NCBI GenBank assembly: GCA_045545475.1
Contig: JAZQAZ010000041.1
Coordinates: 32,001-96,000 of the forward strand
DNA from: Clostridia bacterium
GTDB lineage: Bacteria > Bacillota > Clostridia > CAKSNL01 > HGM11501
Length of the DNA: 64,000 nucleotides
Direction: 5' to 3'
Shown in pieces: positions 49,780 to 59,931 of this stretch (position 1 is its first letter; each line of letters starts with the position of its first letter). The translations under genes and the position numbers were made by a program. The notes below the pieces were generated by a model. That model saw only the letters and a list, made by a program, of their open reading frames with translations, made no database searches and was not told the DNA's origin.

Positions 49780-51480
49780 TTATATGAGATGGGCCTTTTC
49801 CATAAGCGTCAAAATTTTCTCGCCCTTGGGAAGCAGTAATATTTCTTCCTTTTTAAGGGTTTTAGTGAAAACAATCGCAGCGAAATAAACGATAACCGAC
49901 ACTCCGATGGATATAATCATCGACAATGTTTCTCCCAGAAGACCGGTAAATATGTATTTCACTCCAATGGTAAATATGCCCATAATAACTCCGCATAATA
50001 CGGGTTTTGCGATAAATCCTTTAAAGTCAGGCCTTATTCCTGAATTTTTGCAAAGGGCGATAATGTTAAGAGCCGCCACTGTAATATAACATAAAAGCGT
50101 GCCGATGGGTGCACCCATTATATTTATCTCCGGTCTTCCCACCAAAACCAAATTTACCAGAATCTTAACAGCTCCGCCTATAAGCATATTAACCACAGGA
50201 ACCCATACTTTACCCCATGACTGTAAAAGTGCATTAACAATCTGCACAAGGGTTAAAAACAGAACTGCGATTCCCATTACATTAAGCAGTACAGAAAAGC
50301 TTCCGTCACCGTAAATAAGCGAAAAAATCGGTTTAGCGAGAATACTCATTCCGATTGCACACGGCAGTGCAAGAACCACAGTTATCAAAAGAGCTGATTT
50401 TGTAAAGCTGCGACTCTTCTTTTTATCGTTCTCCGCATTGGCTGATGCAATGGCCGGCACAGCACTCGTGGCAATCGCCGAAATAATAACCGCAGGCATA
50501 TTGAAAAGCGTTATAGCCCTAACCAGATAGCCATAGACAAAAGCCGCTTTCTTTTCCTTGAGCTTTTCTCCGAATTCTTCATTTTCTCCCACCTGAAGCT
50601 TTGAAGGAATTTCTTCATAGTCTTTCGCTCTTTCTTCATTAAGATTAGAAAGAACAGACTGCTCTGCCGTTTCAGATTCAGCAATATATCCCTTCATCTG
50701 ATTGGTTACCATCGCCGTATCTATGAAAGATGTCAAAGTGAAAACCGAAACACCAAGCGTTATGGGAACAGCTATTTTCACTATATTGATAAGCACTCTT
50801 TTTGTTGTAAGTTTAGTTTTTTCTGACTTGTTCTCGTTTTTCTTTCCTTTAAGATAATAAAGGAACAGGAAAATTATTCCGAGTATACTTCCAACTGTTA
50901 CTCCGGAAATAGCCCCGGCAGAAGCGTAGAGTTTTCCCTTCGGAAGCAACAGATAAGCCAGAGATAGGCCGACAAAAAGTTTGCATGTTGCCTCAATTAC
51001 TTCGCTTATTGCTGTAGGCAGCATATTACCCTGCCCCTGAAAATATCCTCTGAAGGCACTCATGCCCGCAACAAAAAGCAAACTGGGACTCATCACCATA
51101 ACAGTTAGATATGCATCGGGGTAGCCTAAAAGACCGGAAAAAAGCCTGGAGCCTGCTCCCAGCACAATACTGCCTATTCCGCCTATGCCCAAAAGAAGCA
51201 AAAGAGAAACCTTAAGTATTTTTCTTGAGCCGTCATAATCTCCGGTTGATTCAGACTCTGCCACAAGTTTTGATATTGCTGTGGGAAGTCCAGCCGTAGA
51301 AATTACAAAAAGCAGGTTGTAAATCATATACGAGGTATTATAAAGAGCCATGCCATCCGTCTGAAGCACAAATGTATCCAGCGGAATTTTGAATACTGCC
51401 CCGATTATTTTAACCAGTATGTTTGCTACAGCAATAATCATAGCCCCTTCAATAAAGCCCATTTTTTTATTTTTGCCCAT
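49780..51480 (-). CDS. SpoVB/YabM-like MOP-family polysaccharide/lipid II flippase
   Basis: FIEGAMII...KIIGAVFKIPL, AGLPTAISK, RGYFQG, PTAISEVIE; conserved position before mazG. Confidence 0.88.
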   Translation of the reverse strand: MGKNKKMGFIEGAMIIAVANILVKIIGAVFKIPLDTFVLQTDGMALYNTSYMIYNLLFVISTAGLPTAISKLVAESESTGDYDGSRKILKVSLLLLLGIGGIGSIVLGAGSRLFSGLLGYPDAYLTVMVMSPSLLFVAGMSAFRGYFQGQGNMLPTAISEVIEATCKLFVGLSLAYLLLPKGKLYASAGAISGVTVGSILGIIFLFLYYLKGKKNENKSEKTKLTTKRVLINIVKIAVPITLGVSVFTLTSFIDTAMVTNQMKGYIAESETAEQSVLSNLNEERAKDYEEIPSKLQVGENEEFGEKLKEKKAAFVYGYLVRAITLFNMPAVIISAIATSAVPAIASANAENDKKKSRSFTKSALLITVVLALPCAIGMSILAKPIFSLIYGDGSFSVLLNVMGIAVLFLTLVQIVNALLQSWGKVWVPVVNMLIGGAVKILVNLVLVGRPEINIMGAPIGTLLCYITVAALNIIALCKNSGIRPDFKGFIAKPVLCGVIMGIFTIGVKYIFTGLLGETLSMIISIGVSVIVYFAAIVFTKTLKKEEILLLPKGEKILTLMEKAHLI

Positions 51481-51539
51481 AGGACACCTCTTTTTTTATT
51501 TTTTTGAATAAAAGCAAATTATAAGGGTATTATAATAAA

Positions 51540-51648
51540 TGTGTGGTGACACACAAGTCTTTTTCATTATTCCCTTCTCCAATATCATACAGCTATGCTG
51601 TAAACAGAAAGAGTTTCCTTAAGTAAAAGGAACTCTTTTTGTTTTTTT
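51540..51648 (+). ncRNA. Candidate small RNA with C/U-rich anti-SD segment
   Basis: Plausible plus-strand -10 at 51528-51536; hairpin TGTGTG-gtga-CACACA; unpaired TCTTTTTCATTATTCCCTTCTCC; hairpin TACAGC-tat-GCTGTA; terminator with its stronger T-tract on the plus strand where no protein gene lies. Confidence 0.45.
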
Positions 51649-51662
51649 ATTGACATATTTTT

Positions 51663-52925
51663 TCAGCCTTTTATTTTGTCAAAATAGACTTTGATTGCCT
51701 GTTCAAACTTGTTGTCTCCAGGCTCATAGTATTTTTTGTCTTTTATTTCATCAGGCAGATATTGTTGTGCCACATAATGATTCGGGAAGCTGTGGGGATA
51801 TTTATATGTAAGTCCTCTTCCCATCTTGGATGCTCCACTGTAATGAGAGTCTTTAAGATGTGGCGGAATATCTCCTGTGTTTCCCGCAGACAGGTCAGAC
51901 ATCGCAGAGTCGATTGCCGTTATGGCACTGTTGGACTTAGGTGCTGTTGCAAGAAGCAACGTCGCCTCTGCAAGGGGAATACGTGCTTCGGGGAATCCCA
52001 GCTGAAACGCCGCATCCACACAGGACTTAACAATACTTATTGCCTGCGGATAAGCAAGCCCCACATCCTCTGCAGCTATTACAAGAAGACGCCTTGCAAT
52101 AATCTGCAAATCGTCGGATGCCACAAGTCTTGCAAGATAATGCATCGCGGCATCAGGATCGCTTCCCCTGATAGATTTTTGAAAAGCACTTATTATATCA
52201 TAATGGCTGTCTCCGTCCTTATCATATCTCAGTGCCTTTTTTTGAGTACAATCCTCTGCTGTTTCCAACGTCACATGAATTTTTCCGTCACTATCGGGAT
52301 TTGCGGCAAGCATACAGACTTCAACAGAGTTAAGGGCTTTCCTCACATCACCCCCGGAAAGATGAGCAATATGTGTAATGGCATCATCATCGAAGGATAC
52401 ATTCTTTTCTCCTGACACAATTCCTATTGCCCTTCTTACCGCTTTCTCTGTTTCTTTTGGTGAAACTTCCTTAAATTCAAACACCGTACATCTGGATAAA
52501 ATAGCGTTATATATGTAAAAATAAGGATTTTCCGTTGTGCTGGCAATAAGGGTTATTTTTCCGTTTTCGATAAATTCAAGAAGCGACTGTTGCTGTTTCT
52601 TATTGAAATTCTGAATCTCGTCAAGGTACAAAAGAACTCCGTCCATTCCAAGCATGGAATCAAGTTCGTTTATTATACTTTTAATATCGCTTACTCCGGC
52701 AGTTGTTGCATTTAAGCGGTAAAGCCTTTTATTGCTCTTTTCCGCAGCAATGTTTGCAACTGTGGTTTTCCCTGTACCGGAAGGGCCGTAAAATATCATA
52801 TTAGAAATATTTCCCGACTCTAGGATATTCCTAAGAGCTTTGCCTTCCGAGAGTAAATGTTCCTGACCAACCACATCGGATATTAAAGACGGACGCATTC
52901 TGTCAGCCAATGGTCTTGATGCCAT
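51663..52925 (-). CDS. rarA: Replication-associated recombination protein A (MgsA/RarA)
   Basis: PLADRMRP, GPSGTGKTT, STTENPYF, KSIRGSDPDA, YKYPH. Confidence 0.96.
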   Translation of the reverse strand: MASRPLADRMRPSLISDVVGQEHLLSEGKALRNILESGNISNMIFYGPSGTGKTTVANIAAEKSNKRLYRLNATTAGVSDIKSIINELDSMLGMDGVLLYLDEIQNFNKKQQQSLLEFIENGKITLIASTTENPYFYIYNAILSRCTVFEFKEVSPKETEKAVRRAIGIVSGEKNVSFDDDAITHIAHLSGGDVRKALNSVEVCMLAANPDSDGKIHVTLETAEDCTQKKALRYDKDGDSHYDIISAFQKSIRGSDPDAAMHYLARLVASDDLQIIARRLLVIAAEDVGLAYPQAISIVKSCVDAAFQLGFPEARIPLAEATLLLATAPKSNSAITAIDSAMSDLSAGNTGDIPPHLKDSHYSGASKMGRGLTYKYPHSFPNHYVAQQYLPDEIKDKKYYEPGDNKFEQAIKVYFDKIKG

Positions 52926-52992
52926 AATCTGCCTCCTTTCCGTAAAATCTCTTTGCCAAAGCCTAAGGCTTTGGCAAAGTCATCATCAGTAA

Positions 52993-54228
52993 TTAATAAA
53001 GAGGATATTTATCGCAAAGAGCTTTAACTCTTGCTCTTGCCTCATCATACTTGGATTCGTCTCCAAGTGCTGCAATCTTAATAATCTTCGCAACTTCCTT
53101 CATATCATCTTCCTTGAAACCTCTCGTCGTAACAGCAGGGCTTCCGAGACGGATACCGCTTGTAACAAAGGGTTTTTCAGGATCAAAAGGTATAGCATTC
53201 TTATTACAGGTCACTCCGATATCGTCAAGTCTTCTTTCAAGTTCTTTACCTGTAAGAGAAAACTTTCTCACATCAACCAGCATAAGATGGTTGTCCGTTC
53301 CGCCGGAAACTATATCAAAACCTTCTTCGATAAGACTCTCAGAAAGTGTTTTTGCATTCTTTATAACCTGTGCCTGGTATGCTTTGAAATCTTCGCTTAA
53401 AGCTTCCTTGAAGCACATAGCCTTACCTGCAATAACGTGCATCAAAGGGCCTCCCTGTATTCCGGGGAATATAGCTTTGTCGATTCTCTTTGCAAGCTCT
53501 TCGTCATTTGTCAAAATAAGACCGCCTCTTGGACCTCTTAAGGTCTTGTGGGTTGTACTTGTAACAACATCTGCATACTCCACGGGATTGGGATGAAGAC
53601 CTGCCGCAACAAGTCCTGCAATGTGGGCCATGTCAACCATAAGATATGCTCCCACTTCTTTTGCAATTTCAGAAAAACGGGCAAAATCAATTGTTCTTGA
53701 ATATGCACTAGCACCCGCAAGAATCATCTTAGGCTTTACCTCAAGAGCAATTCTTCTTACCTCATCATAATCTATCATTCCGGTTTCTTCAGAAACTCCG
53801 TAAGGTACAACATTAAAATACTTACCAGACATATTAACGGGAGAACCGTGGCTCAAATGTCCGCCATGTGCAAGATTCATTCCCATGTATGTGTCGCCGG
53901 GTTCTAAAAGTGCAAAGAATACCGCCATATTTGCCTGAGCACCGCTGTGAGGCTGGACGTTTGCGAACTTCGCACCAAAAAGCTCTTTTGCTCTGTCACG
54001 AGCCAAATCTTCCACCACATCAACATGCTCACAACCACCATAATAACGCTTTCCGGGATAGCCTTCGGCATATTTATTGGTAAGTGGTGAACCCATTGCC
54101 TCCATTATTTCTCTTGTAACAAAGTTTTCAGATGCAATAAGCTCAATTTTATTCTGCTGTCTTTTTACTTCGTTTTCTATGGCCAGAGCCAATTCTGGAT
54201 CTACTTTTGAAACTCTCTCTGTAAACAT
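52993..54228 (-). CDS. glyA: Serine hydroxymethyltransferase
   Basis: [35 protein letters not shown]. Confidence 0.98.
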   Translation of the reverse strand: MFTERVSKVDPELALAIENEVKRQQNKIELIASENFVTREIMEAMGSPLTNKYAEGYPGKRYYGGCEHVDVVEDLARDRAKELFGAKFANVQPHSGAQANMAVFFALLEPGDTYMGMNLAHGGHLSHGSPVNMSGKYFNVVPYGVSEETGMIDYDEVRRIALEVKPKMILAGASAYSRTIDFARFSEIAKEVGAYLMVDMAHIAGLVAAGLHPNPVEYADVVTSTTHKTLRGPRGGLILTNDEELAKRIDKAIFPGIQGGPLMHVIAGKAMCFKEALSEDFKAYQAQVIKNAKTLSESLIEEGFDIVSGGTDNHLMLVDVRKFSLTGKELERRLDDIGVTCNKNAIPFDPEKPFVTSGIRLGSPAVTTRGFKEDDMKEVAKIIKIAALGDESKYDEARARVKALCDKYPLY

Positions 54229-54230
54229 TA

Positions 54231-54653
54231 TTATTCCTCCGTATTAATTATTTCGTATGAACGGTCAAGTATAAATTTTAACCGCTCATAATTTTTGCTT
54301 AAATATAAATATCCGATTAAAGCTTCGAATCCTGTGGCATGTCGGTAGGTTGTAACATCCGTATTTTTTGGAGCAGTGTAGCTTTTTGCATTTCTGCCCC
54401 TTTTATAAATTGCTTCCTCTTCTTCCGTAAGCAAAGGAAGAAGTACATGAATAGCATCGCTTTGAGCCTTTGCTTTTACAAACCTGGAACAAAGCTTATG
54501 AAGCTCATTTACCTTTTTATCGCCAATTGCCATAATCTTTGTCCTTATATATAATGTATGAACCGAGTCCCCGATATAAGCAAGCGAAAGCGGGGCATAG
54601 CTTTTCACGTTTTCCGGCATAACGCCTGATAAATCACTTACGCTTTTTTCCAT
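54231..54653 (-). CDS. mrnC: Mini-ribonuclease III
   Basis: [31 protein letters not shown]; follows cysS. Confidence 0.94.
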   Translation of the reverse strand: MEKSVSDLSGVMPENVKSYAPLSLAYIGDSVHTLYIRTKIMAIGDKKVNELHKLCSRFVKAKAQSDAIHVLLPLLTEEEEAIYKRGRNAKSYTAPKNTDVTTYRHATGFEALIGYLYLSKNYERLKFILDRSYEIINTEE

Positions 54654-56026
54654 TTTACACCCTGAGCAGTATCTTCCAAAACGATACCCATAGCTTTAAG
54701 CTCATCTCTGATTTCATCGGCTCTCTTATAATTTTTCTCGCTTCTTGCCTTTGTTCTTTCTGCAATTAAAGCTTCAACCTTTTCCGATAAATCTTCTTTT
54801 TCTTCCGATGCGATTACGCCGAGAACCGAGCAAAGCTCTTCTATCGTATCCTTTGCGTATGCAAGGCTTTCTTTGGAAAGATTGTTTGCATTCGAGTTTG
54901 CTTCCTTAACGGCATCGAAAATAGCCGCAATACCGTCAGCTGTGTTAAGATCGTCATCCATACCCTTTTTGAAAGCTTCCTTGAAGGAATCCATCTTTGC
55001 CGCAAAATCTTCGGATACGCCCTCTTCTTTTGCATTCTCCATTAAAAATTCAAGATTGGAAACACAGGTTGTGATTCTTTCAAGACCGCTCTTTGATGCT
55101 TCCATAAGCTCATCTGAGAAGTTCATTGGACTTCTGTAATGTGCACTCAATAGGAAGAAACGGATTACATTATAGCTGTATTTTGCCGCAACATCACGCA
55201 CGGTAAAGAAGTTATTTAATGACTTAGACATTTTCCTGTTGTCAACGTTTATATAAGCATTATGCATCCAGTAATTAACAAAGTTACAGCCGTTGGCACA
55301 TTCGCTCTGTGCAATTTCATTTGTATGGTGAGGGAAAATAAGGTCAATCGCACCGCCATGGATGTCAATTGTTTTACCCAAGTACTTTGTACTCATGGCA
55401 CTGCACTCAATGTGCCATCCGGGTCTTCCTTTACCCCATGGGCTGTCCCAACAAGGCTCACCGGGCTTTACTGCCTTCCAGAGTGCAAAGTCCAAAGGAG
55501 ATTTTTTTCTTTCATCAACGTCAATTCTCGCACCGCTTTTTAAGTCATCAAGGCTTTGGTGTATAAGCTTGCCGTAATTTTTACATTTTTCAACCTCGAA
55601 ATATACATCGCCTTCAACTTCATAGGCATAACCCTTTTCCACAAGCTCGGAAACTATTTCAATGATTGCATCAATATTTTCTGTCGCCTTAGGGTGAACT
55701 GTTGCCTTTTTTATGTTAAGGCCTTCTGCATCAGTAAAATACTCTCCTATGTATTTTTCGGCAATTTCAGCAACAGTTGTTCCGTCCTCATTTGCCTTTT
55801 TAATCATCTTGTCATCAATATCTGTAAAGTTCTGGACAAAGTTTACTTTATAGCCTATATATTCAAGATAACGGCGGAGAGTGTCGAATACAACAAACAT
55901 TCTGGCATTTCCGATATGGAAAAAGTTATATACTGTAGGACCGCAGGCATAGATACTTACTTCGCCCGGTTTAATGGGCACAAGTTCTTCTTTTTTTGCA
56001 GTCATTGTGTTAAATACTCTCATCAT
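54638..56026 (-). CDS. cysS: Cysteine--tRNA ligase
   Basis: CGPTVY, HIGN, GWHIECS, KMSKS. Confidence 0.98.
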   Translation of the reverse strand: MMRVFNTMTAKKEELVPIKPGEVSIYACGPTVYNFFHIGNARMFVVFDTLRRYLEYIGYKVNFVQNFTDIDDKMIKKANEDGTTVAEIAEKYIGEYFTDAEGLNIKKATVHPKATENIDAIIEIVSELVEKGYAYEVEGDVYFEVEKCKNYGKLIHQSLDDLKSGARIDVDERKKSPLDFALWKAVKPGEPCWDSPWGKGRPGWHIECSAMSTKYLGKTIDIHGGAIDLIFPHHTNEIAQSECANGCNFVNYWMHNAYINVDNRKMSKSLNNFFTVRDVAAKYSYNVIRFFLLSAHYRSPMNFSDELMEASKSGLERITTCVSNLEFLMENAKEEGVSEDFAAKMDSFKEAFKKGMDDDLNTADGIAAIFDAVKEANSNANNLSKESLAYAKDTIEELCSVLGVIASEEKEDLSEKVEALIAERTKARSEKNYKRADEIRDELKAMGIVLEDTAQGVKWKKA

Positions 56027-56652
56027 TTATTCTCCTTTAATTCTTTTATTATCGCTTTAAGGTCATCAATTTCCTTTTGCATACGGCAAAACTCCTGTGA
56101 AACAGGGTCGGGAATATGAATCTGGTCAAGATCCACTTTCTTTTCACCCTTCTTAACAATTCTTCCGGGAACGCCCACACAGGTACAGTCCGGCGGAACT
56201 TCGTTTAATACCACGGCATTTGCCGCAATCTTACTGCGGTCGCCAACCTTGAAAGGTCCAAGCACCTTTGCACCCGCACCTATCATAACATTGTTGCCGA
56301 TGGTTGGATGACGTTTTCCCGTATCCTTACCGGTACCTCCCAATGTTACTCCCTGATATATGGTACAGTTATCGCCTATTTCCGTAGTTTCACCGATTAT
56401 TACTCCGCATCCGTGGTCTATTAAAAGATTCTTTCCGATGGTTGCACCAGGGTGAATTTCAATTAATGTAAACCACCTTACCAACTGCGAGATTAATCTT
56501 GCAAGAAAATAGAAATGTATTTTATAGAAAAAGTGTGCAATCCTGTGCCAGAATATGGCGTGAACGCAAGGATAATTAAAGAAAATACTTATTATGCTTC
56601 TTGCTGCGGGATCACGTTCTTTTATGGATTTGAAATATCGGAACACAAACAT
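56023..56652 (-). CDS. cysE: Serine O-acetyltransferase
   Basis: RDPAA, EIHPGA, IDHG, VTLGGTGKDTGKRHP. Confidence 0.95.
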   Translation of the reverse strand: MFVFRYFKSIKERDPAARSIISIFFNYPCVHAIFWHRIAHFFYKIHFYFLARLISQLVRWFTLIEIHPGATIGKNLLIDHGCGVIIGETTEIGDNCTIYQGVTLGGTGKDTGKRHPTIGNNVMIGAGAKVLGPFKVGDRSKIAANAVVLNEVPPDCTCVGVPGRIVKKGEKKVDLDQIHIPDPVSQEFCRMQKEIDDLKAIIKELKENK

Positions 56653-56714
56653 TTCTCCTTATAGCATACTCTATATTATTATACATAAAAAACGCCTCTC
56701 TTGCAACACATTTT

Positions 56715-56746
56715 TAAAAAAACCGCCGAAAAATTCGGCGGTTTTT
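56715..56746 (-). terminator. Terminator after spoIIR
   Basis: AAAAACCGCCGAA...TTCGGCGGTTTTT. Confidence 0.8.
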
Positions 56747-57345
56747 CAAAATAGTTCCAATATTTTGAATTTTATATTGATTTTTTTGTCTTTTGTTTCT
56801 GTTATAAGCGAAAATCGTTCTTCTCCAAGCTCTTCCTTAAGAACATTTTCTCCATCTTTGTCAAGCTTTGCCGTGACGTTGTCGGTAAAACACAACATTG
56901 GGTACATTATGCACCACCAGTTTTCACCCTTAGCCTCGCCGATTTTGATATTTACAGCGTCATAAACTCCTCCGGGAAGGCGGATATTTTCGTAAATTTT
57001 CAGCGGAAATGAAGTTTTCCCCACATTTACAGTAACAGGATAATTGCATCCTTCTTCCCTTAAAGTTTTTTCTGCCACACTCACAAAAAGATTTTCGTTT
57101 TCCTTTACAATGGTTTTGGCCTCTTCTTTATTTTCCGCCGCAGAAAGCAAAGCTTTCGCTTCTCTTAACACTGCATCACGGACCTTAAGCTTAAGTTCCT
57201 GGTCGTTTTTTCCGTTGCTTTGTGCCACAACGTGCAATCTTAAAACCGAAGAAGCTATTATCATTTTTTCTCTTTGTGCGTAGATATAGAGAGAAAAAAT
57301 CAATGCCATAGATACCACAATACCTAAAGTAAAAAGCTTTTTCAT
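56746..57345 (-). CDS. spoIIR: Stage II sporulation protein R
   Basis: LRLHVVAQSN...DQELKLKVRD, GENWWCIMYPMLC. Confidence 0.95.
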   Translation of the reverse strand: MKKLFTLGIVVSMALIFSLYIYAQREKMIIASSVLRLHVVAQSNGKNDQELKLKVRDAVLREAKALLSAAENKEEAKTIVKENENLFVSVAEKTLREEGCNYPVTVNVGKTSFPLKIYENIRLPGGVYDAVNIKIGEAKGENWWCIMYPMLCFTDNVTAKLDKDGENVLKEELGEERFSLITETKDKKINIKFKILELF

Positions 57346-57370
57346 AAGTTACTCCTTCTCTTTTTTCTTT

Positions 57371-57399
57371 AAGTATACCCTTTTGATAAGTACTTATAC
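57371..57399 (-). promoter_or_regulatory. sigmaF-type promoter of spoIIR
   Basis: GTATA-14/15-GGGTATACTT; the -35 overlaps the spoIIIAH stop codon. Confidence 0.7.
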
Positions 57400-57918
57400 C
57401 TTTTTATATACCGATATTCCTATATTTGAACTGTCGGTTCCTGTTATTCTTATTATAATTTCCTGGATTATGATTGCTTCTTTGGCCGTAAGTTCTTCTT
57501 CTTTTTCAATTATCACGCTGACAGAGCCTGTATTTATATACACCACCGCATCGGAAAAACCTTTTGCTTTTATTTCTGCTTCCGCAGCAGCTTCCTTCTC
57601 CATCCGCTCCGCCATATCCACAAGACGCATTTCCGCCTCTTTTTTGGATTCCGGCGTACTTTCAGGATTTTCGGCAACTTCTTTAAGGCTTTCCATTGCT
57701 CTGCTTCTTCCTGTGTCTCTTTCTCTTTTACAATCTCCGAAATAATCGCTGCTCTCTGTTATATTTTCTCCGGAAACAAGCCGTGCTTCACCTAAAGAAT
57801 TATCCTCCGTATCATTTACAACCCCATTCTCAGAATGCTGATACGACCAGTTGAAATATCCTGCAAGGCCTATCATGGCAACAAGCACGGCTAAAAGAGC
57901 CTGCTTTTTCTTAAACAA
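57394..57918 (-). CDS. spoIIIAH: Stage III sporulation protein AH
   Basis: N-terminal TM ending AGYFNW; DYF...R.R; EIKAKGFSDAVV; operon position. Confidence 0.9.
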   Translation of the reverse strand: MFKKKQALLAVLVAMIGLAGYFNWSYQHSENGVVNDTEDNSLGEARLVSGENITESSDYFGDCKRERDTGRSRAMESLKEVAENPESTPESKKEAEMRLVDMAERMEKEAAAEAEIKAKGFSDAVVYINTGSVSVIIEKEEELTAKEAIIIQEIIIRITGTDSSNIGISVYKKV

Positions 57919-57920
57919 AT

Positions 57921-58379
57921 CTATCCCTCCATTTTAAATATTTTTATATTGTGAAACGGTGCTCCGGTAAGAGCTGACACAGCTTCCAATATATCATTTT
58001 TCACTTTTTTGTCATCTCCGCCTTCGCATACTACCACGACGCCTCTTACAGAAGGATATTCCTCTTTAAGAAGTACAACATCACCTGACGCAGACACGGT
58101 TTTCTCACTTGTAGCATCTTTGTTTTCCGTCTTATCCGTAAGCGGAACCTTAGTGCCTTTATCATAAAAGCTCATCATAACCGAAACTCTTCCCGCCCCG
58201 CTTATTTCCTCCAGTATGCTCTCCGTTTTCTCAAGAAGTTCCTTTTCATAACTGCCTTCATAAGATACTTTTTCTTCTTTTTCCGCGGGAATAAAAAGAA
58301 ATACAATCCCTATTATCAATATGAGCCAGATAAGTTTATTATTCTTAAATTTCTCAAGCGTTTTTTTAATATTCTCCAT
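57921..58379 (-). CDS. spoIIIAG: Stage III sporulation protein AG
   Basis: LEEISGAGRVSVM, YPSVRGVVVVCEGG. Likely ATG start at 58379. Confidence 0.88.
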   Translation of the reverse strand: MENIKKTLEKFKNNKLIWLILIIGIVFLFIPAEKEEKVSYEGSYEKELLEKTESILEEISGAGRVSVMMSFYDKGTKVPLTDKTENKDATSEKTVSASGDVVLLKEEYPSVRGVVVVCEGGDDKKVKNDILEAVSALTGAPFHNIKIFKMEG

Positions 58380-58797
58380 ATATAATTTCAAGCCTTTCAG
58401 GTTGATACAACTCTTTGATTTTCTCCTTTTCTTCTTCCGGGACAATCTCTTTTGTATAAATTTCTATGCTTTTTACTGTATGCTCATCAGACACTTTAAC
58501 GTATACATTACCGTAATGTGAAAGTGCTTCTTCAATGCTGTTTTCAAGTTCTGCTTTAAGATTATCCGAATATATTTTTTCAGCTTCTTCTCTTGACATT
58601 TCAAAGGATTCAATATTGTCAAATTCAAAAATTTCAGATATGTCAAGAACGGATTTCAACGGTGCAATAAGAGCAAGAGATATTATTACCGAGCTTACAA
58701 GATGGGCATACTTTTTCACGTTGCCTTCAGGAAGAACTACAGAACTTACAGTTACGATAACAGCCGATGCCAGAAGCGTCATAATATATCCTTCCAT
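58366..58797 (-). CDS. spoIIIAF: Stage III sporulation protein AF
   Basis: LPEGNVKKY...IAPL; position between AE and AG. Confidence 0.82.
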   Translation of the reverse strand: MEGYIMTLLASAVIVTVSSVVLPEGNVKKYAHLVSSVIISLALIAPLKSVLDISEIFEFDNIESFEMSREEAEKIYSDNLKAELENSIEEALSHYGNVYVKVSDEHTVKSIEIYTKEIVPEEEKEKIKELYQPERLEIIYGEY

Positions 58798-58800
58798 AGC

Positions 58801-59916
58801 TCACCCCTTGTATGAAAAAAGTAATATAGCAGCGGAAATCACATATTGTGCCGCCGTAACAGATACTATTCCGAAAAGCATTCCCATAACCTCGCCCACA
58901 GACGTTACAGCCTTTGAAAGCCTGGTATCGCATATAGGTTCAAGCACGGCTCCCGTAAGATTATATATAAAACTTACTGCGGCACATTTTATAACAGGAT
59001 ATGCCGCTATAAGAAGAATAGCAATAATCCCCGCTATCCCGGCGGAATTTTTAATCATTCCCATCGATGCCGTAATTGCCGATATACTGTCTGCAAGTGC
59101 ACCGCCTGCCACCGGCACAAAGGTGCCTACCGCAAACCGAGCTGTTTTAATTCCCATATTTTCAGCGGTTCCGGCGGCGAATCCGGAAAGGCTTAATACC
59201 GCCGTAAAAATCAGCAAAGTAAATCCCAAAATTCTTCGCATAAACTTATCCGCCATCACGCTAAGATTTGTAAGACTTTTGCTCCCTGTCATATTATTTA
59301 TAAATTTCAGGGCAAAAGAAGCGTAAAGAAGAGGAAGAATAACATTTTCTGTTATGTATGAGCTTATCGCAATCGCCGTCAGTATTTCAGTATGCAAAAC
59401 GGATGCGGAAATAACCCTCCCTTCAGAGGCGGACAGCACCGAAAGCATCGGTATAAGCGATTTCATAAAGACTCCCATATCTTCTATACTTGCCTTTGCA
59501 CATTCTGATATTTCATTAAATCCGGTGGCTGAAATCCCGGCAAGAAGGGCATAGCAACATAAAAAGGCCGCATCACTTACTCCGCCTGAACCAAAGCCTG
59601 ATGCAAGATTTGACACAAAGGAACAAAGGATTCCCAAAAGCATTACAGCTCCCATTATTTTTACGTTTGAACGCACCTCGGAAAATATCATATCAACGCC
59701 TTTCATAACCACTCCCTTTAAACTTGCATCATAGTTTCCGCTCTTAATTTTTTCCGCAGTTTCGTAAAACGAAAACTCAGGATAAACATTTATTATATTA
59801 TCCATTGCTCTTGCACTGATTGAGCTTTCCACTTCTCTTACCATTTCTGTTTCTGCACCCAGGGCCGTAAAATGAAAAAGTGCAGTAAATATCAAAATAA
59901 TCGCAGGTATCTTCAT
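58801..59916 (-). CDS. spoIIIAE: Stage III sporulation protein AE
   Basis: KTARFAVGTFVPVAGGALADS, MIKNSAG, EPICD. Confidence 0.92.
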   Translation of the reverse strand: MKIPAIILIFTALFHFTALGAETEMVREVESSISARAMDNIINVYPEFSFYETAEKIKSGNYDASLKGVVMKGVDMIFSEVRSNVKIMGAVMLLGILCSFVSNLASGFGSGGVSDAAFLCCYALLAGISATGFNEISECAKASIEDMGVFMKSLIPMLSVLSASEGRVISASVLHTEILTAIAISSYITENVILPLLYASFALKFINNMTGSKSLTNLSVMADKFMRRILGFTLLIFTAVLSLSGFAAGTAENMGIKTARFAVGTFVPVAGGALADSISAITASMGMIKNSAGIAGIIAILLIAAYPVIKCAAVSFIYNLTGAVLEPICDTRLSKAVTSVGEVMGMLFGIVSVTAAQYVISAAILLFSYKG

Positions 59917-59931
59917 ATCTTCCTCCGTAGA

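Noticed and set aside
51496-51567. Possible 23-aa minus-strand leader peptide MKKTCVSPHIYYNTLIICFYSKK with RBS GGAGAAGGG
   Set aside because: It lies downstream of the rarA terminator and spans the likely promoter of the flippase gene (TTGTGT-16-TATAAT), so it is probably not transcribed. The plus-strand sRNA reading fits the structure better. Not fully excluded.
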